A DNA stretch of 63,835 bases, the filler included, from Sphacelaria rigidula (taxonomy: Eukaryota): NCBI GenBank assembly GCA_964200075.2. It is 7 parts of 7 records of this genome, joined end to end, with 100 filler letters (N's around TTAATTAATTAA, not from the genome) between each part and the next. Parts side by side here need not be neighbours in the genome. Positions count along the whole stretch, not along the records: positions 36,539 to 45,571 come from CAXNAA020009461.1; positions 45,672 to 54,703 come from CAXNAA020009462.1; 5 more parts are not named here. The stretch is one strand, 5' to 3'. Positions 37,368 to 50,352 of the stretch are shown one piece after another (positions within the stretch are counted from its first letter, which is position 1; every line of letters starts with the position of its first letter). The notes beneath the pieces are model-generated. The model did not search any database, was not told where the DNA came from, and was given only the letters and a program-made list of their open reading frames with translations. The translations under genes and the position numbers were made by a program.

Positions 37368-40300
37368 GAGGACTTGCTTCGACTAGGTCGAGATTCCGCG
37401 ATGAAGAAATTCATGGTGAGACCTCCCAAAGACTCTTCCAATTTCGATCGTAGCCGCGTTGCCTCGCTGAATTTATGATTGATGGCTCTCAAGAGTGCAG
37501 CGTTAACTTGTTCGAGCTTTTGGAGCCATCGGCGTGATTTGCGACGCATGCGCTTTTTATGTGATGCACTCACCACCGAAAAACCGTGTTGTTTAACGGT
37601 TTGTCCAGGTTTTAGACACGAACGTGGTTTTGAATCAGATGGACTTACTGGAGACACCGAGTCCGGCTCTATCCTTCGTCATCGTGCTGCAGACGGTGAT
37701 AGAGGTAAGTCGGTGGGAACCCGCCCTGATCACGGGCAGCTGGATCTTCAAGCTCCCTCCTACGCCGTCGTGTATCCGTGGATTTTGTGTTTGAGCTGTA
37801 TAATGGTAGGATTGGAGTTACCCTTTTACTGTTTCACCCATTGAGTCGGTTACGACTTGAGTTTGGTTTCCAGTTTTCCAAAGATATTCGTAAGTCCCTC
37901 AGTACGAAGGTGGGGAGGGTGCATTAAATGGGTATATTTGGAATATTTTGTGGGCGCAATACCAGGAGATTGCAGACAAAGCCAGGAGATCCTCGGTGAG
38001 TAAGTACACGCTCTGTGCCACGGCAGTTTACCTGGAGTACACTAAATTACTCGAATCGATGTGCATCTGACCTGTCACATAACTCCATTCGTGTGTCGAG
38101 AACTAATGTAGACCCACCCCGCACGCACAAATCCCGTTTCTTGCCCATCAGGAGGCTCGTCACAACAACCTCAGTCTGTTTCGGCGGCTGAAGCAGCTGC
38201 TCAAGGACGACTCGCGCGTGTTCGTGTTCTTCGCAAATGAGCATCACTGTGCGACCTTCCCGGAAGAAATTGCCGGGGAGTCACCCAACGACCGCAACGA
38301 TCGAGCCATCCGCATCGCCACTTCCTGGTAAAACACGCTGTTGCTGCTTTGATACCTTCACCAGATGCAGAGTTTTTGAGAGTACAAGCATCTCGGTCCC
38401 CTCGAGTTTTGGCAACTCACTCAACGGTATTATAAATGAATGTTCGTGTCAATCGTTTCACCGGCCTTATTTTTAGCACTCTCACGCTTATAGCATGCAT
38501 TCCGTTACAGTACATACACACGTCGTCCACTTGTTTCCTTGTGATGCAGGTTCGCCAATCAGCTGGGCGATTCGGTCAACGTGACCCTTCTCACGAACGA
38601 CCGAGCCAACTTAGCACTGGCCAAAGAGGCTAATATCTCGGCGGAAACGATACACTCATACATCGAATCTGTGCATGAACAGTACCCAAATCTGTCGGAG
38701 CTGTTGGCCCCAGAGGAGTCAAGCGTGACGGACGGCGCTGAGCCTTCGAAAGGCCAAACGAGATCTGCTCGCAGAGCCAGTAACGCTCGACCGCTGATAT
38801 TCTCAGAGCACAAGCCCATGTCTGAGCTCACAGCAGGCATCCGACAAGGCCGGTCAGTCTCAAGCGTTGTAAGCACCGAGCTGTTGTTGCGGTCGCTGTT
38901 CATGTTCTGTCCGGATGTGGTCGTGTCCTTGCATGCGTTGTAAGCACGATCCATCGTTCATTTGGCTAGTATTGTGAGGGGTCCGTTGCGGAAAGTTCTA
39001 CTGCCTGTGTTCCCGCTGTTCGTCGCCCTCTGTGCACATGTCCTTCGATTAACGGATCTTTTCGCATGTGCAGGTATTTTCAAGGGCCCTTGCGAGCCGA
39101 GCGTGGCGGCTGTGATCGATGTTACGTGGTGGCACAGGGCATGCAGGTGAATGCAATGGTGCCGAGAGCGAACAGTCATTTGTGCTGCTACTCAAATCTT
39201 GGCGATATGGCTCAAAACGTTCCCTGGCCTAGTGGCGAGCCGCGTTGTAGGCAGTTATCGTGTATGTTGGGACCGATGATGTGTTGCCATGCCGTAATAC
39301 ATGAAATCTGCCTTCAACGGTGAATCGAGTCATTTTCGTATGAGCAGTTATATGTGGCCATCGGAAAAATGAAGTGTTCGTTTGTTGAGCTTGACCGTAA
39401 TGGGCGACTCGTCTCCTTGATAGTTGTTTGCAAACCCCGCGATCTGATGGAAGTGCTTGGTTATGCTGACAGGATGATGAGCGCATCGCCGTGTATATCA
39501 GGGGGGCTCAACATGTCAACAGGGCTGTGGATGGTGATATCGTGGCATTTGAGCTTCTGCCGGAGGCGGAGTGGCTTGAAAAAGGAGATGATTCAAGCAA
39601 AGCGGCTCCAAAAACGGTCAGTACCAAGAGGTTCTATGCATATCTCGAGACCTGTCTGTTAATGCAAGAGTCAACTCGACCGTGATTTTGTAAGCCCAGT
39701 CAACAATTATATACACAATATCATGCTGATGATTTGGGTCATACGTGTGGTTGCGATCGGCTCACGATCGCACATCAACTCGTGAACAAGCCGAACTGTG
39801 ATGAATCCGTTTTTCAGGACCCAGCTGCAGACGGGGAAGAAACTCTCGACCCAGACAATCCACCTCCTGAAAGCTTGGTGCCGGAGCTAACTGCGCAACC
39901 CGCCATAGAGGATGAAGAGAATATCCAAAAACTGAAGGGGGCTGGCGCCAAGCAACCGTGCGGGCGCGTCGTTGGCGTCATCCGACGTCACTGGCGGGAT
40001 AAGCAGTACTGCGGCTCGCTCAAGCTGGAAGGGGACCGAGCAGTCAGCACGGGCAAGGGGCAGACCACCAGCGCTCTTTTTGTCCCCGTCGACAGGAAGG
40101 CAAGGTTCATTACAGTCATCTCGAGCAGAAGCACAAGCTGTTTTTTTTTGCTGCTATACAAGACGCAACCTTGACCTCCCCTCCCTACTACCGCTTTCTT
40201 GCAGATCCCATGGGTGCGTATCCAGACCCGTCAACGAGATGCCTTGAGCAATAAGCGAATCATTGTGGCATTAGATTCCTGGCCAGCGTGGTGCAGGTAT

Positions 40301-43300
40301 CCTCTGGGACATTACGTCAAAACCTTGGGCGAGAAAGGGGACAAGACCACGGAGACCGAGGTCAGTATGCAGCCCAGGTCAAGTATGGTTACCGTAACAA
40401 TCAGCGCTCAACACTCGTTTCACTGTGATCGATGTTACGGTTCGCACTGACGCGCTGGCTGCATGCAGTCGAGCTGCGTACAACGTGTCTGTGCTTGCCA
40501 CAGCTTTCTCCTCTTCGGGGCAGCGGAGTTCGACATTTCTTGTAATGTATCGATACGCTTTGTTGTTGTCATATCCAGGTTATTCTTCTCGAACACGATA
40601 TTCCCCATGAGAGCTTTTCCGGCAAAGTGCTGGCTTGTTTGCCGCCAGACGACTGGGCAATCACACCAGAAAACTCTGTGGGGAGGAAGGACCTCCGGCA
40701 CTTGCCGGTACTGAGCATCGACCCACCAGGGTGCAAAGACATCGACGATGCTCTTCACGCACGCCAGCTGGAAAACGGCAACTTGGAGGTGAATATGTCG
40801 GCTATCTTAACCGTGCATGGACATCTGCGTAGACCCCACACGCCATTTCAGTAATGCTTCCAGGATTGGCACTGAGCAGCACGTTCTGTAGACCTTACCC
40901 CTGCGTTCGCTCTTCTTTTTTCTCCCTGGGTTCCATAGGTGGGCGTACATATTGCCGACGTGACGCACTTCGTGGCAGCAGGCTCGGCCCTGGATGAAGA
41001 AGCTGCCTCGCGAAGCACGTCAACTTACCTAGTAGAGAGGCGGCTGGATATGTTGCCAGGCATTCTGACGGAGACGCTTTGCTCGCTCAAGCCGAATGTC
41101 GACAGGTGACGAACACGCGCCGCACCACGCATCATCCGTCCGCCATGTTCATGTTTCTTTGAGATGAGATGACCACAGCACCCTGTCGCTGCTCCATCCT
41201 ACAGCCCATCTAGTCCGTGGTTTGTTTCGTAAATGTCATGAACAGGTTTGCTTTCAGCGTGATATGGGAGATTACCCAAGCTGGAGAGATCCTGGACGTG
41301 AATTTTTGCAAGTCGATCATTCACAGCGTGGCTGGGCTCACCTACAACGAGGCACAGCTAATGCTGGACGACCCCAATATACACGACGTGAAAGCAGAAG
41401 GCGTCAGGCGCTTGAATAGTCTAGCGAAGATATTCCGGAAACGCCGAATGGACGCTGGTGCTCTCACCTTGGCATCACCAGAGGCGAGATACGTCCACCA
41501 CGCGTTTGGGTGTGCGTGCTTGTATGAAACGTTGGTACAAGCACGCAAGTGGATACAGGAAATGCATTTGGCAACGCTCATGCTGTGCTACGACACCCCT
41601 TCACGAACAATTGTTACAGGTGCGTTTTGTGCTCGACAGTGAAAGCCAAAATCCGACAGATGTGCAGATGTACGCTCTCAAGGAAACGAACGCCCTCGTG
41701 GAGGAGTTCATGCTTCTGGCAAACATCACAGTGGGCAAGAAGATCCTGAGGTGGGCTCCGTCATGTCTTTTGCGATGCTTGGGGCGACACAACAGTCCAC
41801 CGTGTCTTCGAACGCGATTCAGACGCAGCCAAAAGTATAGCGCCAACGAAATCACATGAAAAGAGAACAGTAGGCAACAAGAGCACAGCGAATGCACACC
41901 GTGTCGGGCCTCATGCATGTTAATGACCTGTTTTGAGAATTGAGAGGCGTATCGGAGCCGTAGTTCAAAATGTTGTAGTATCAAAAGTATTCGATTGTGG
42001 ATCGCGTCCTCACATCACCCCCCCCCTTTTTTTTTTTTTCTCTGCAGGCATTTCCCCACTCTCTCAGTTCTCCGCCGCCACCCCTCGCCGTCCCGGCAAC
42101 AATTCGAGGGGCTGCTGGCGATCGCAGAGGCTGTGGGTATCAAGCTGGAGGTGGACAACTCCAAGAAGCTAGCGGCGTCTTTGGACTCTGCATCGCGAGA
42201 GGGGGATCCGTACTTCAACAAGCTCCTTCGTATTCTTAGTACAAGGTACGAAAAGTACCGGCGGGCATAAGGCTGGTGTCACTGAGAGTAGCGGGTTCTT
42301 TGCACGAGTTGACCGTGGCAGGTTTGATAGACGGTCACATTTACACGCCAATGATATCCCACTGAACTGTAGCATTCGAAGGGTTCTTCTGAAATACATG
42401 TTCGCCGTTCAACCAAACGCACCACTCCTTCGAAAGTGTTTTTCTGAAGTTGTTTTATCGAGGGTGTTTTTTTTCTCGTGTTTTTGTGCTCGTGTACAGA
42501 TTGTCCGTGTGCTGCATACTCCTGCGTGTTTTGCTCATCATACAGGTGCATGATGCCGGCTCAATATTTTTGCTCCGGTCAGCTGGCGCAAGATGAATGG
42601 CACCACTACGGCCTCGCCGCCCCAATCTACACCCACTTCACCAGTCCCATTCGCCGGTATGCCGATGTGTGCGTTCACCGTCTCCTGGGCGCTGCCATTG
42701 GCGTGGCACCGCTACCGACATTTCTCATGGATAAGGTACACACGCACACATCTGTCGACCGCGAGCAGTGTGACACGTGGAGGTCAACGTTCAATACTGT
42801 TCGAGCCAAATACCAGCCATTATGACGGTGTTCTTGTTGTTCAAGTGCGTACTAAAATACCTTGAAAACACCCCTCTTCACGTCAGCTCAGCCCAGCGTA
42901 TTTACTCAGTATGTGATTTCGCAAGCAGTAAATATGTGGAACTTTCCCGTACGTCCCGGTGCAGGCGCATTTGCACGACCTCACCGAGAACATGAACAGA
43001 CGGCATCGGGCAGCTCAGCTTGCGGGGAGGTCTTCAGTTGCTCTGCACACGGAGATGTTCTTCGCGCAGAACCCAACGGAGGAGGACGCATTCGTGCTGT
43101 CGGTGGACCCCTCCAAACTTGGTGTAATCGTCCCTCGGTTTGGCATCGAAGGATCGGTAAGATCTCGAGTGTGAGAAGATGAGAGCTGGTACACCTCCCC
43201 TGGTGCATCATGAAAGTATATCAGCGCATTGTATCGCATCAACGTTCTGAATCACCCGTCCCCCTTTTTCAAGTGGTTTCGTGTTCATTGCCGTTTTTGG

Positions 43301-44376
43301 TGTCTGTTCAGACCGAGGGAGTTGCGTTGTGGCATATTCGAGAACTCGTTGTGCCGCCCAGGGAAGTCGCCCGCTGGTCGGTAAATTTTACCGGGGTAGC
43401 GACATTATGTATTTCTCCCTTCTCCCTCGGGAAAAATCCTTGGAGTCAAGTCATCATCAATCCGCCCCTCCCCCGGTACACGCCTCACATTTTGAGATCG
43501 AGGATTCAGTCAGTAGTCTCCTGCACCACGTCGGCTGCTGTGTGTCAAACTCTGCCAGTCAGACGCCTCTTGCTACTCACATCCTCACGTTTTCAACTAT
43601 AAATAGGGAGACCAGATTCTTCCATAGGAAAAAGTTAAACTAATCGCAATTGGCGGGAATCGAACCCGCCGCTTTTGTCGGCCCCGTGGTGTCGTGGCAC
43701 AACCGGCACCACGTGGACGGAGCAGCATGCCCCCACCAATTAACAATCTGCTGTTTTCGCTGCTGTTTCTGACACAGATCAAGCTGGATGCTGGCGATGG
43801 CGAGTTCAAGTTCGACCAGAAAAAACTCACACTCGTCTACGTGCCTCGCATATCTGGAGGAGAGGGCACACACTCGCGTATCCAGATCATGGATAAAGGT
43901 AGCTATGCCCCGCGGAGTCATACGGGATGTCCCAATGTACTGTTCTACGCATTGTTGTGCATATGCGACAGCATCTTCGAAATCATGGTGCCCCGCCGAG
44001 CCTCTTACTGGCAGACCGTGCCAATCAATGCCACAAACAGCTAGTGCTTGGTCTGTCACACGTCCTTTTGTCTTGACGTGCATTTGCCCTGGAGGTGTGT
44101 CTATACTATGACGTCTGCACAGGCTTGTAACAGACGTGCTTTTGTTCCGCTCTTGTTGTCATCTTCACAGTGCGAGTATACGTGGACGTGGTGAATACTG
44201 CACAACACGAAGGAGCCAGGATGACTCTCGTTTCGCCTGTGATGGGTGTGATCATACAGCACGCTGTCGAAGAGGATAAAAGTTCAACACCCAATACTCC
44301 AGCGCTCGACGAATCGACGCAGGCTCGCCCTCCGCCAGGAAAGCGACGACGAAAAAACAAAAAGAAGAAGAACTAG
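37368..44376 (+). CDS. DIS3: Exosome complex exonuclease RRP44/DIS3 (PIN, CSD, RNB, S1), 5'-partial; exons 37368-37415, 37609-37704, 38152-38327, 38550-38852, 39074-39146, 39473-39616, 39818-40099, 40205-40360, 40579-40788, 40939-41105, 41246-41483, 41620-41750, 42048-42245, 42546-42735, 42965-43156, 43778-43898, 44171-44376
   Basis: 17 phase-consistent exons (2931 nt, 976 aa). PIN motifs [50 protein letters not shown] catalytic [59 protein letters not shown]. Basic C-terminal NLS-like [11 protein letters not shown]. The start exon is not on this contig, and the first listed exon is the least certain. Confidence 0.96.
43217..43720 (-). mobile_element. Probable tRNA-derived SINE inside the longest DIS3 intron
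   Basis: The minus strand has a perfect B box (GGGTTCGATTCCC, ~43649-43662) in a GC-rich tRNA-like head. The host intron (621 bp) is much longer than the others. Boundaries are approximate. Confidence 0.45.
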
Positions 44377-44603
44377 TGCGTCCGGGGTATGGTGCATGAT
44401 TCTTCGTTCGGAAGCTGCGACCCGATCTTCTTTTTTTTCCTCTTGCAGGGGCGGTGACACATTGAGCTGGGCGAAACGAAGGAAGTCTTTTTCGCTAGAG
44501 GAGGGATATAATTCAAAACTTTCATTATTCACAGTATATACATCGGCAATCTGTGTTCTAAGGCAATTGGAACCATGCCTGCCGTACAGTACAGTAAATC
44601 TGA

Positions 44604-45402
44604 TCATGCCAGAACCGGCTGAGGCACCCTATTATCGCTATCTGATTGAGCGTCTGCTCCAACAGTCTCCTCGTTCTCCAAATTAAGCGGTACAGTGCCG
44701 TTAGCGCTTTCTACTTGAGTTTCTGCGGCATCTGTCTGTACCGTAGATTCCAACATATCGTGGTTGATCACTGGGTCATCGGCGATGGGGCTCCGTTCCT
44801 CCGTCTTGGATGATCGTCGACGAGAGAAGGTTGGCAGGAAAAATGGTTGGAAATGCAGAAGAAGAGCCCCACCTAACCGATTCCCCGAGTAGTTCAGGGA
44901 ATAACCCAGTCCTGACGTTTTGGCAGCCGCCCAGCACCGTAGCGCCGCTAGCCACAGCAATTCGTCGCGAGGGACTGTGTCTACTGTGTCGCCTTGACTG
45001 TCGAACGACCTGTGTGCAAAAGACGTGAGCCAGCAACACGTTGAACGGATGAAAAGTGTCATCAACGCGTGCGGGGGAACGCATGGACAGAGTTTGGTGC
45101 ACCGATAAAGATTGATCGAAATTCCTGTGTTGTTGCGATTTCTTGTGAATATCGAAATAATTCACCACCTCTGGCAAACACGCTGACTCAGGACGCCGCA
45201 CGCAACAACATTGGCCGTACCTTTGCATGAACGCCATTTTGGACAGAAGGGTCAACATGGCCTGGTACAGGTGCCACACAACACGAACACCAGGGAGGAG
45301 GAAGAAGTATGGCGCCAGCCACCACTGAAAACCGTAGGTGGCAGAGTATCGCACCCCAACGCTAACCCCCACGCGCTGAACGGCTTCCCTGCGCTGACTT
45401 GC
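44604..45402 (-). CDS. Last two exons (45221-45402, 44604-45009) of an unknown protein-coding gene convergent with DIS3
   Basis: Canonical AG/GT sites with matching phase 2. Translation ASQRREAVQRVGVSVGVRYSATYGFQWWLAPYFFLLPGVRVVWHLYQAMLTLLSKMAFMQR|SFDSQGD...PQPVLA*. No family recognised. Confidence 0.6.
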
Positions 45403-45671
45403 CTGTACGGATGAACATTTAGCACCAGACAAGGTTGCTTAAAAGTATGTGGTGTACTTCGCATGACCTCGAAATATCGAACTACCAAGTCACGGGCACA
45501 CCGAGGTCGTCTTCACGGTTGGGACGAATCATCACGACTAAGGATCACCAAATCCACGATTTCTTCGGCCTNNNNNNNNNNNNNNNNNNNNNNNNNNNNN
45601 NNNNNNNNNNNNNNNTTAATTAATTAANNNNNNNNNNNNNNNNNNNNNNNNNNNNNNNNNNNNNNNNNNNN

Positions 45672-46860
45672 TTTGAGGTTGCAGGCACCCCAGTGGCCAC
45701 CCGTGTAGTCAAGAACGGAGCGTTCTCGCTCGTCATTTCATATCTTAATTCGTGTTCAATGCGCCTTTGGCTTTTGCGCTCTATCGTTCAGCGTCTTCAT
45801 CTCGCTATGCTCAAGGAACTTGAGCATTCCTACCCCATTCGTGTTCCTGTTATCTTCCCCGTATTGCCCAATGATATCATCCGGTTGACCTGCTCTTCCT
45901 ACCCTTGCATTAAAATCTCCCATTAACATTACTTCTCCTTGCTTTTAACACTCATGTACATCTGCTGCTATCTCTTCAAACCTCCGTTGTATATCGTTCA
46001 CCCTACTCTTCGATTCTGGGGGCATGTAGATATTCCCTACGAAGGAGTCGTTCGTTCCCCGCTCTCCTGGCACCCTTATCCATATGCTCTCGTCGAATTC
46101 CGTGTCGTCGATCACTTCCATAATGTCACATAGGCATTCCTTGACTATAAACCCTACTACCCCCGCTCCCCTGCCCTTGTCCTTCTGTCCCTTCCGCTTC
46201 TTCCCTATCCATGCGTACTCTTCAACGTTGAATCCTATTTTCGCTCCCTCTTTCTCCCATGACTCTAGGATTCCTACTATATCTAGGTCGCGGTTTCTCA
46301 CTTGTTGCGCTGTCTCCTTTTTTTTGCGCTTGCCTGTGGCAAATCCACACACGTTCCACGATCCTGTTCTCAATTTCGTTTCCGAATCATTGTCTGCCCT
46401 CCTGTTGTCTACTATTCTCTCTCCATCGCTTTTACTTCTACTTTCCCGTGCTTGATTGTTCTTCCCGTTTCCGGTGGGGACTTTGTCCATTTGCTTCGGG
46501 CCGCTATGCCCCCTCCCCTTCCCCTTCCGGGCACTTACCTGCTCCTACTTCTCTCACCCCCCGTTTACCCGTGGACTACGTCTTAGGTTTGCTGTTCCAA
46601 TAGCTATGCATACTCTCCATCCTATCATTCTAACCCGTGCCGACACCTTACTTGTCTCCATCTTTTCCCTTTCTACTTTTCCTGTTGCCACACAGTATAA
46701 TCCAACTCCATTGCATTTCCTTTTAAACTCCATTCTCGTCATATCGCTACGAACTCCGAATACCAACACTACTAGTACTTGACCCGTCCACTCTTTACTT
46801 CTCCATTCGCCCTTCCTCACCGTCTCTCTCTCTCTCTTGCTCTCGATCTCTTTCGAGAGT
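45672..46860 (-). pseudogene. Non-LTR retrotransposon (LINE) 5' part: APE-type endonuclease remnant, possible ORF1 remnant upstream
   Basis: APE motifs GSWNVCG, DIVGILESW, G.GVVG, GNIYMPP, then (frameshifted) MLMGDFNARVG and SVLDY. Truncated by the contig end. Confidence 0.85.
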
Positions 46861-47824
46861 ATCTCAGGCTTGTTTGTTTTGATTGTTGTGGTGAGATGTA
46901 GTCAACGCACTGGGACATCCCAATCCTAATATTTGTTGGGAGTCTGGTGTCTTTCAGTTTTTGATGGCTCACTTACCCTAAATAATGTCCCCAACACGGG
47001 CTCGTAGTTTGAAGCCAAGTTCAACACCTTCAACACAAGTACCGCACGTTCGTGCCAAGCGATCTTCATGGCAAACCATCCAGGCGTCCCACGATCGTAT
47101 CTTCTATCTTCTTGCCCCGCTGCTGAACTGGTGACGTTCCTCCAGGGAAATCATTTTCACCGTGTAAGGTTTAAGGACGGTTTGCATAACACCAGGTCTT
47201 ACTCACATCGATTAGTCTTGTACATCACTTTCCCACTCCGTGCACGGTTCACTCCGGGTCGCTACTTTACTAATGCTTCCGAGTAGACCTTCGCTGGCGA
47301 AATCTTGACGAACTATTCCCCCAAACTTTGTACCAGCTTCTATCCTTCAAGATCTCAAGAAGTCTACGTACCGCCTGGTGCTCCTCCTCGAAGGTCATGT
47401 GGTCGGCGGCCATTGGTAAGGTACTTGCTTCATGAGTGCAGTGGGTCTTGACGTGTATGTCATGCATTATCCACCCCTTCCCCACATTAGGCACCTTTTG
47501 CAACTAATGTCGGAAATTTCGGGAAAATGGCTGACCAGGTTTCCACCGCCCACTAGAAACCGGTAAGGTTTTACGGGTATCTCACCACGAGACCCCAACC
47601 TTCATGTGAACTCAACATGGAGAGAGTAATTACCCTCCCCTCTCCGTACTTGTTATGCATTTTGTATTCTCGATTTGCGTGTGAGGTGGACAACCTTCAC
47701 GCCATTACTTACATGTCTAGGTTTTGCCTTCATTCTTGTCTTACCTTTGTTATCATATGGAGGGAAGAATGTCGGTTATTTCCCGTCTTGATATGGGAAA
47801 GTAGATATGTTATTTCTCGCTAAT

Positions 47825-48985
47825 TTAAGTTTATATCGGTGCTGTGTTATGTTAGGTTGAAGAAAAAAGTAGGGTTAGCTGCTTCATTTCATGTCTATAT
47901 CCGGGCTGTGTTATGGTAGGTTGGAGAAAAAGGAGCTATAGCTGCTCCATTTCATGTCAATGTCCGGGCTGCGTTATGGTAGGTCAAAGAAAAAAGATGA
48001 CCAGCTCCTCCATTTCATGTCTTTTTCCGGACTGCCTTGTGGTAGTTTAAAGAAAAAGGATGGTCAGATTCTCTATTTCATGTCAATGTCTGGGCTGTGT
48101 TCTGTTAGGTTGAAGAAAAAAGGACGTTTGGCTTTTTCGTTTCATGTCTATGTTCGGGCTGTCTTATGGCAGATAAAATAAAAGGGGGGTAGCTTCTCTC
48201 TTTCATGTCTATCTCCGAGCTGTGTTATGGTAGGTCATGGAACAAGGATGGTTAGCTTCTCTATTTCATGTCTATTTCTGGGCTATGTTATGGTAGGTTT
48301 TAAAAAACGGAGGGATTGCTTCTCTATTTCATGTCTATCTCCGGGCTGTGTTATGGTAGGTTGAAGAAAAAAAGACGTTTGGCTTCTTCATTTCATGTCC
48401 ATGTCTGGGCTGTGTTATGGCAGGTAAAAGAAAAGGGGGGTAGCTTCTCTATTTCATGTCTATCTCCGAGCTGTGTTACGGCAAGTCATGGAACAATGAG
48501 GGTTTGCTTCTCTATTTCTGGGCTATTTCTGGGCTACGTTATGATAGGTTAAAGAAAAAGGAGGGGTTGCTTCTCTATTCCATGTCCATCTCCGGGCTGT
48601 GTTATGGTAGGTTGAAGAAAAGGGGGGTTAGCTTCTTTATTTCATGTCCATGTCCGGGCTGTGTTATGGTAGATTAAGTCACAGGAGGGTTAGCTTCTCT
48701 ATTTCATGTCCATGTCCGGGCTGTGTTGTGGTAGGTTAGAGAAAAAGGAGGGCTAGCTTCCAAATTCCATGCCTTCCTCCGGGCTGTGTTATTGTAGGTT
48801 CAAGAAAAATATGTGGAGCTTCTTGATTCCATTGCTATGTCCGGGCTGTCATGGTAGGTTGAAAAAAAAGGACGGTTAGCTATGTCATTCCGTGTGTATG
48901 CCCGGGCTGTGTCATGGTAGGTACAAGAAACAGGAGGGTTAGTTCCTCTGTTTCATGGCTATGTATGGGCTGTATTATGGTAGCG
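47825..48985. repeat. 63-bp minisatellite, ~18 copies, with a 4-unit (251-bp) higher-order duplication
   Basis: Consensus ~ATTTCATGTCTATCTCCGGGCTGTGTTATGGTAGGTTGAAGAAAAAGGAGGGTTAGCTTCTCT. Diagnostic variants GACGTTTGG at 48123/48374 and GTCATGGAACAA at 48234/48485. Confidence 0.92.
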
Positions 48986-50214
48986 GAAAGAACGAAAACA
49001 AAGAAAAAAGAAAAAAGAAAAAAGTGTAGAGGAAGAGCAAAAAAAGGAAGAAGAAAAAGACGAAAAAAGAAAAGTAAAACATACAGAGAATAAGGAAAAG
49101 GGAGGAGTTGAAAACAAGAGGCCAGCTTTGTTATATCACGTCGATACCCATCCTGTGAGTGTTTTGGGGGGAACTAAAATTGCTTATTTGGATTTTCGCA
49201 TGTATGTTTTTCTGTTGGTCCGGGAACTTTTTTTTGCCTGGTGACGGTCTATGGTATAGGTACGGTGACAATCTGTATTTTTTGTGTCTAGCTTCTGGTG
49301 CCTTGCTTTACAGCGCCTTTGCCACTCGACGCCGACTCGAGAGTCTGAAGGTGAGGCGAGGGCGTGGGGGTAGGAGGAGGCGGGGGCGAGGCGGGGGGGG
49401 GGGGGCAAGTACTCCAGCCTAGTGTGGTACCCACGATCACGTGGTTCAAGTGTACCATCACATAACTCTTTGACAATCGCATTGAGCTACAACTCTTACC
49501 TTACCTGAGTGGAGTGAAAAAAGGGTTACTACATGATTTCAGCACGTACGACAATCAAGTCCACTCGACTTTCTTTTCACATTGAAAAACAATGGTTTTA
49601 TTGGACCGACTGGAGCAAGACGGTACATACCGCGAGGCACACACACATGATCAGCTGAGACTACGGATTGCGGTGTGAGCGTCTTCGCGCGATCTGAATA
49701 ATGCCTAACCGAATGACGCCACACGCGCAATAGAGCAACAATAGAGAGCACCAGAGAGGCTCATACCAGTTTTACCCTCACTCTTGGCCTTGGTGTAGCT
49801 ACTGATCCCAACAGGGCTGATCGCGATGAAAGAGAGGGAAAGTGATATGATTTGGTTACCACCTTGAACTACAGTCCGCCGGCTGTGGGTGGATGACGAT
49901 GTATAGATGGAATGTCAAATGCAGCACACCCGTTCCTTGCTTCGTTAATGCTTGGTTTTCTGGCTGTGGCAGATGAGTAGACGTTCGTCGGCATAGATGG
50001 AGCTATGTAAACGTCATCCCACATGAACATGTACGCGTAATGACGAAATTGGCGTACGCTAAATGTCCGGCGTATCATAATTAGAGACGGGACGTGGTGC
50101 ACACTTTGACACTCCCGTGGTTGTGTTACGATGCTCTTTTGCAAATAGTACTGCCTTCCCAGTTGTTGGGAACCCCCGTGACGAGGTGCCAGGATACCCC
50201 ACTAGGAGATATCA

Positions 50215-50352
50215 GACCCTGGACGATATATTTACCCAATAATCCAAATATTAAAAGAAAATGACTGCGTGACGAATAGCTGCGGTAGGCCTATACTTTA
50301 CGCAGTAATTTCCCTGCCTATTGCAACTTTTGACCATACATTGTCCAGGGTA
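50215..50352. mobile_element. Small MITE (CCCTGGA...TCCAGGG)
   Basis: ACCCTGGACGATAT / ACATTGTCCAGGGT ends with an internal ACTGCGT..ACGCAGT hairpin. Related copy at ~22397-22511 and a fragment at ~19063-19125. Confidence 0.5.

Noticed and set aside
47825..48985. CRISPR-like array or repeat-protein gene
   Set aside because: Units are contiguous with no unique spacers, there are no cas genes, the context is eukaryotic, and frames are broken by indels.
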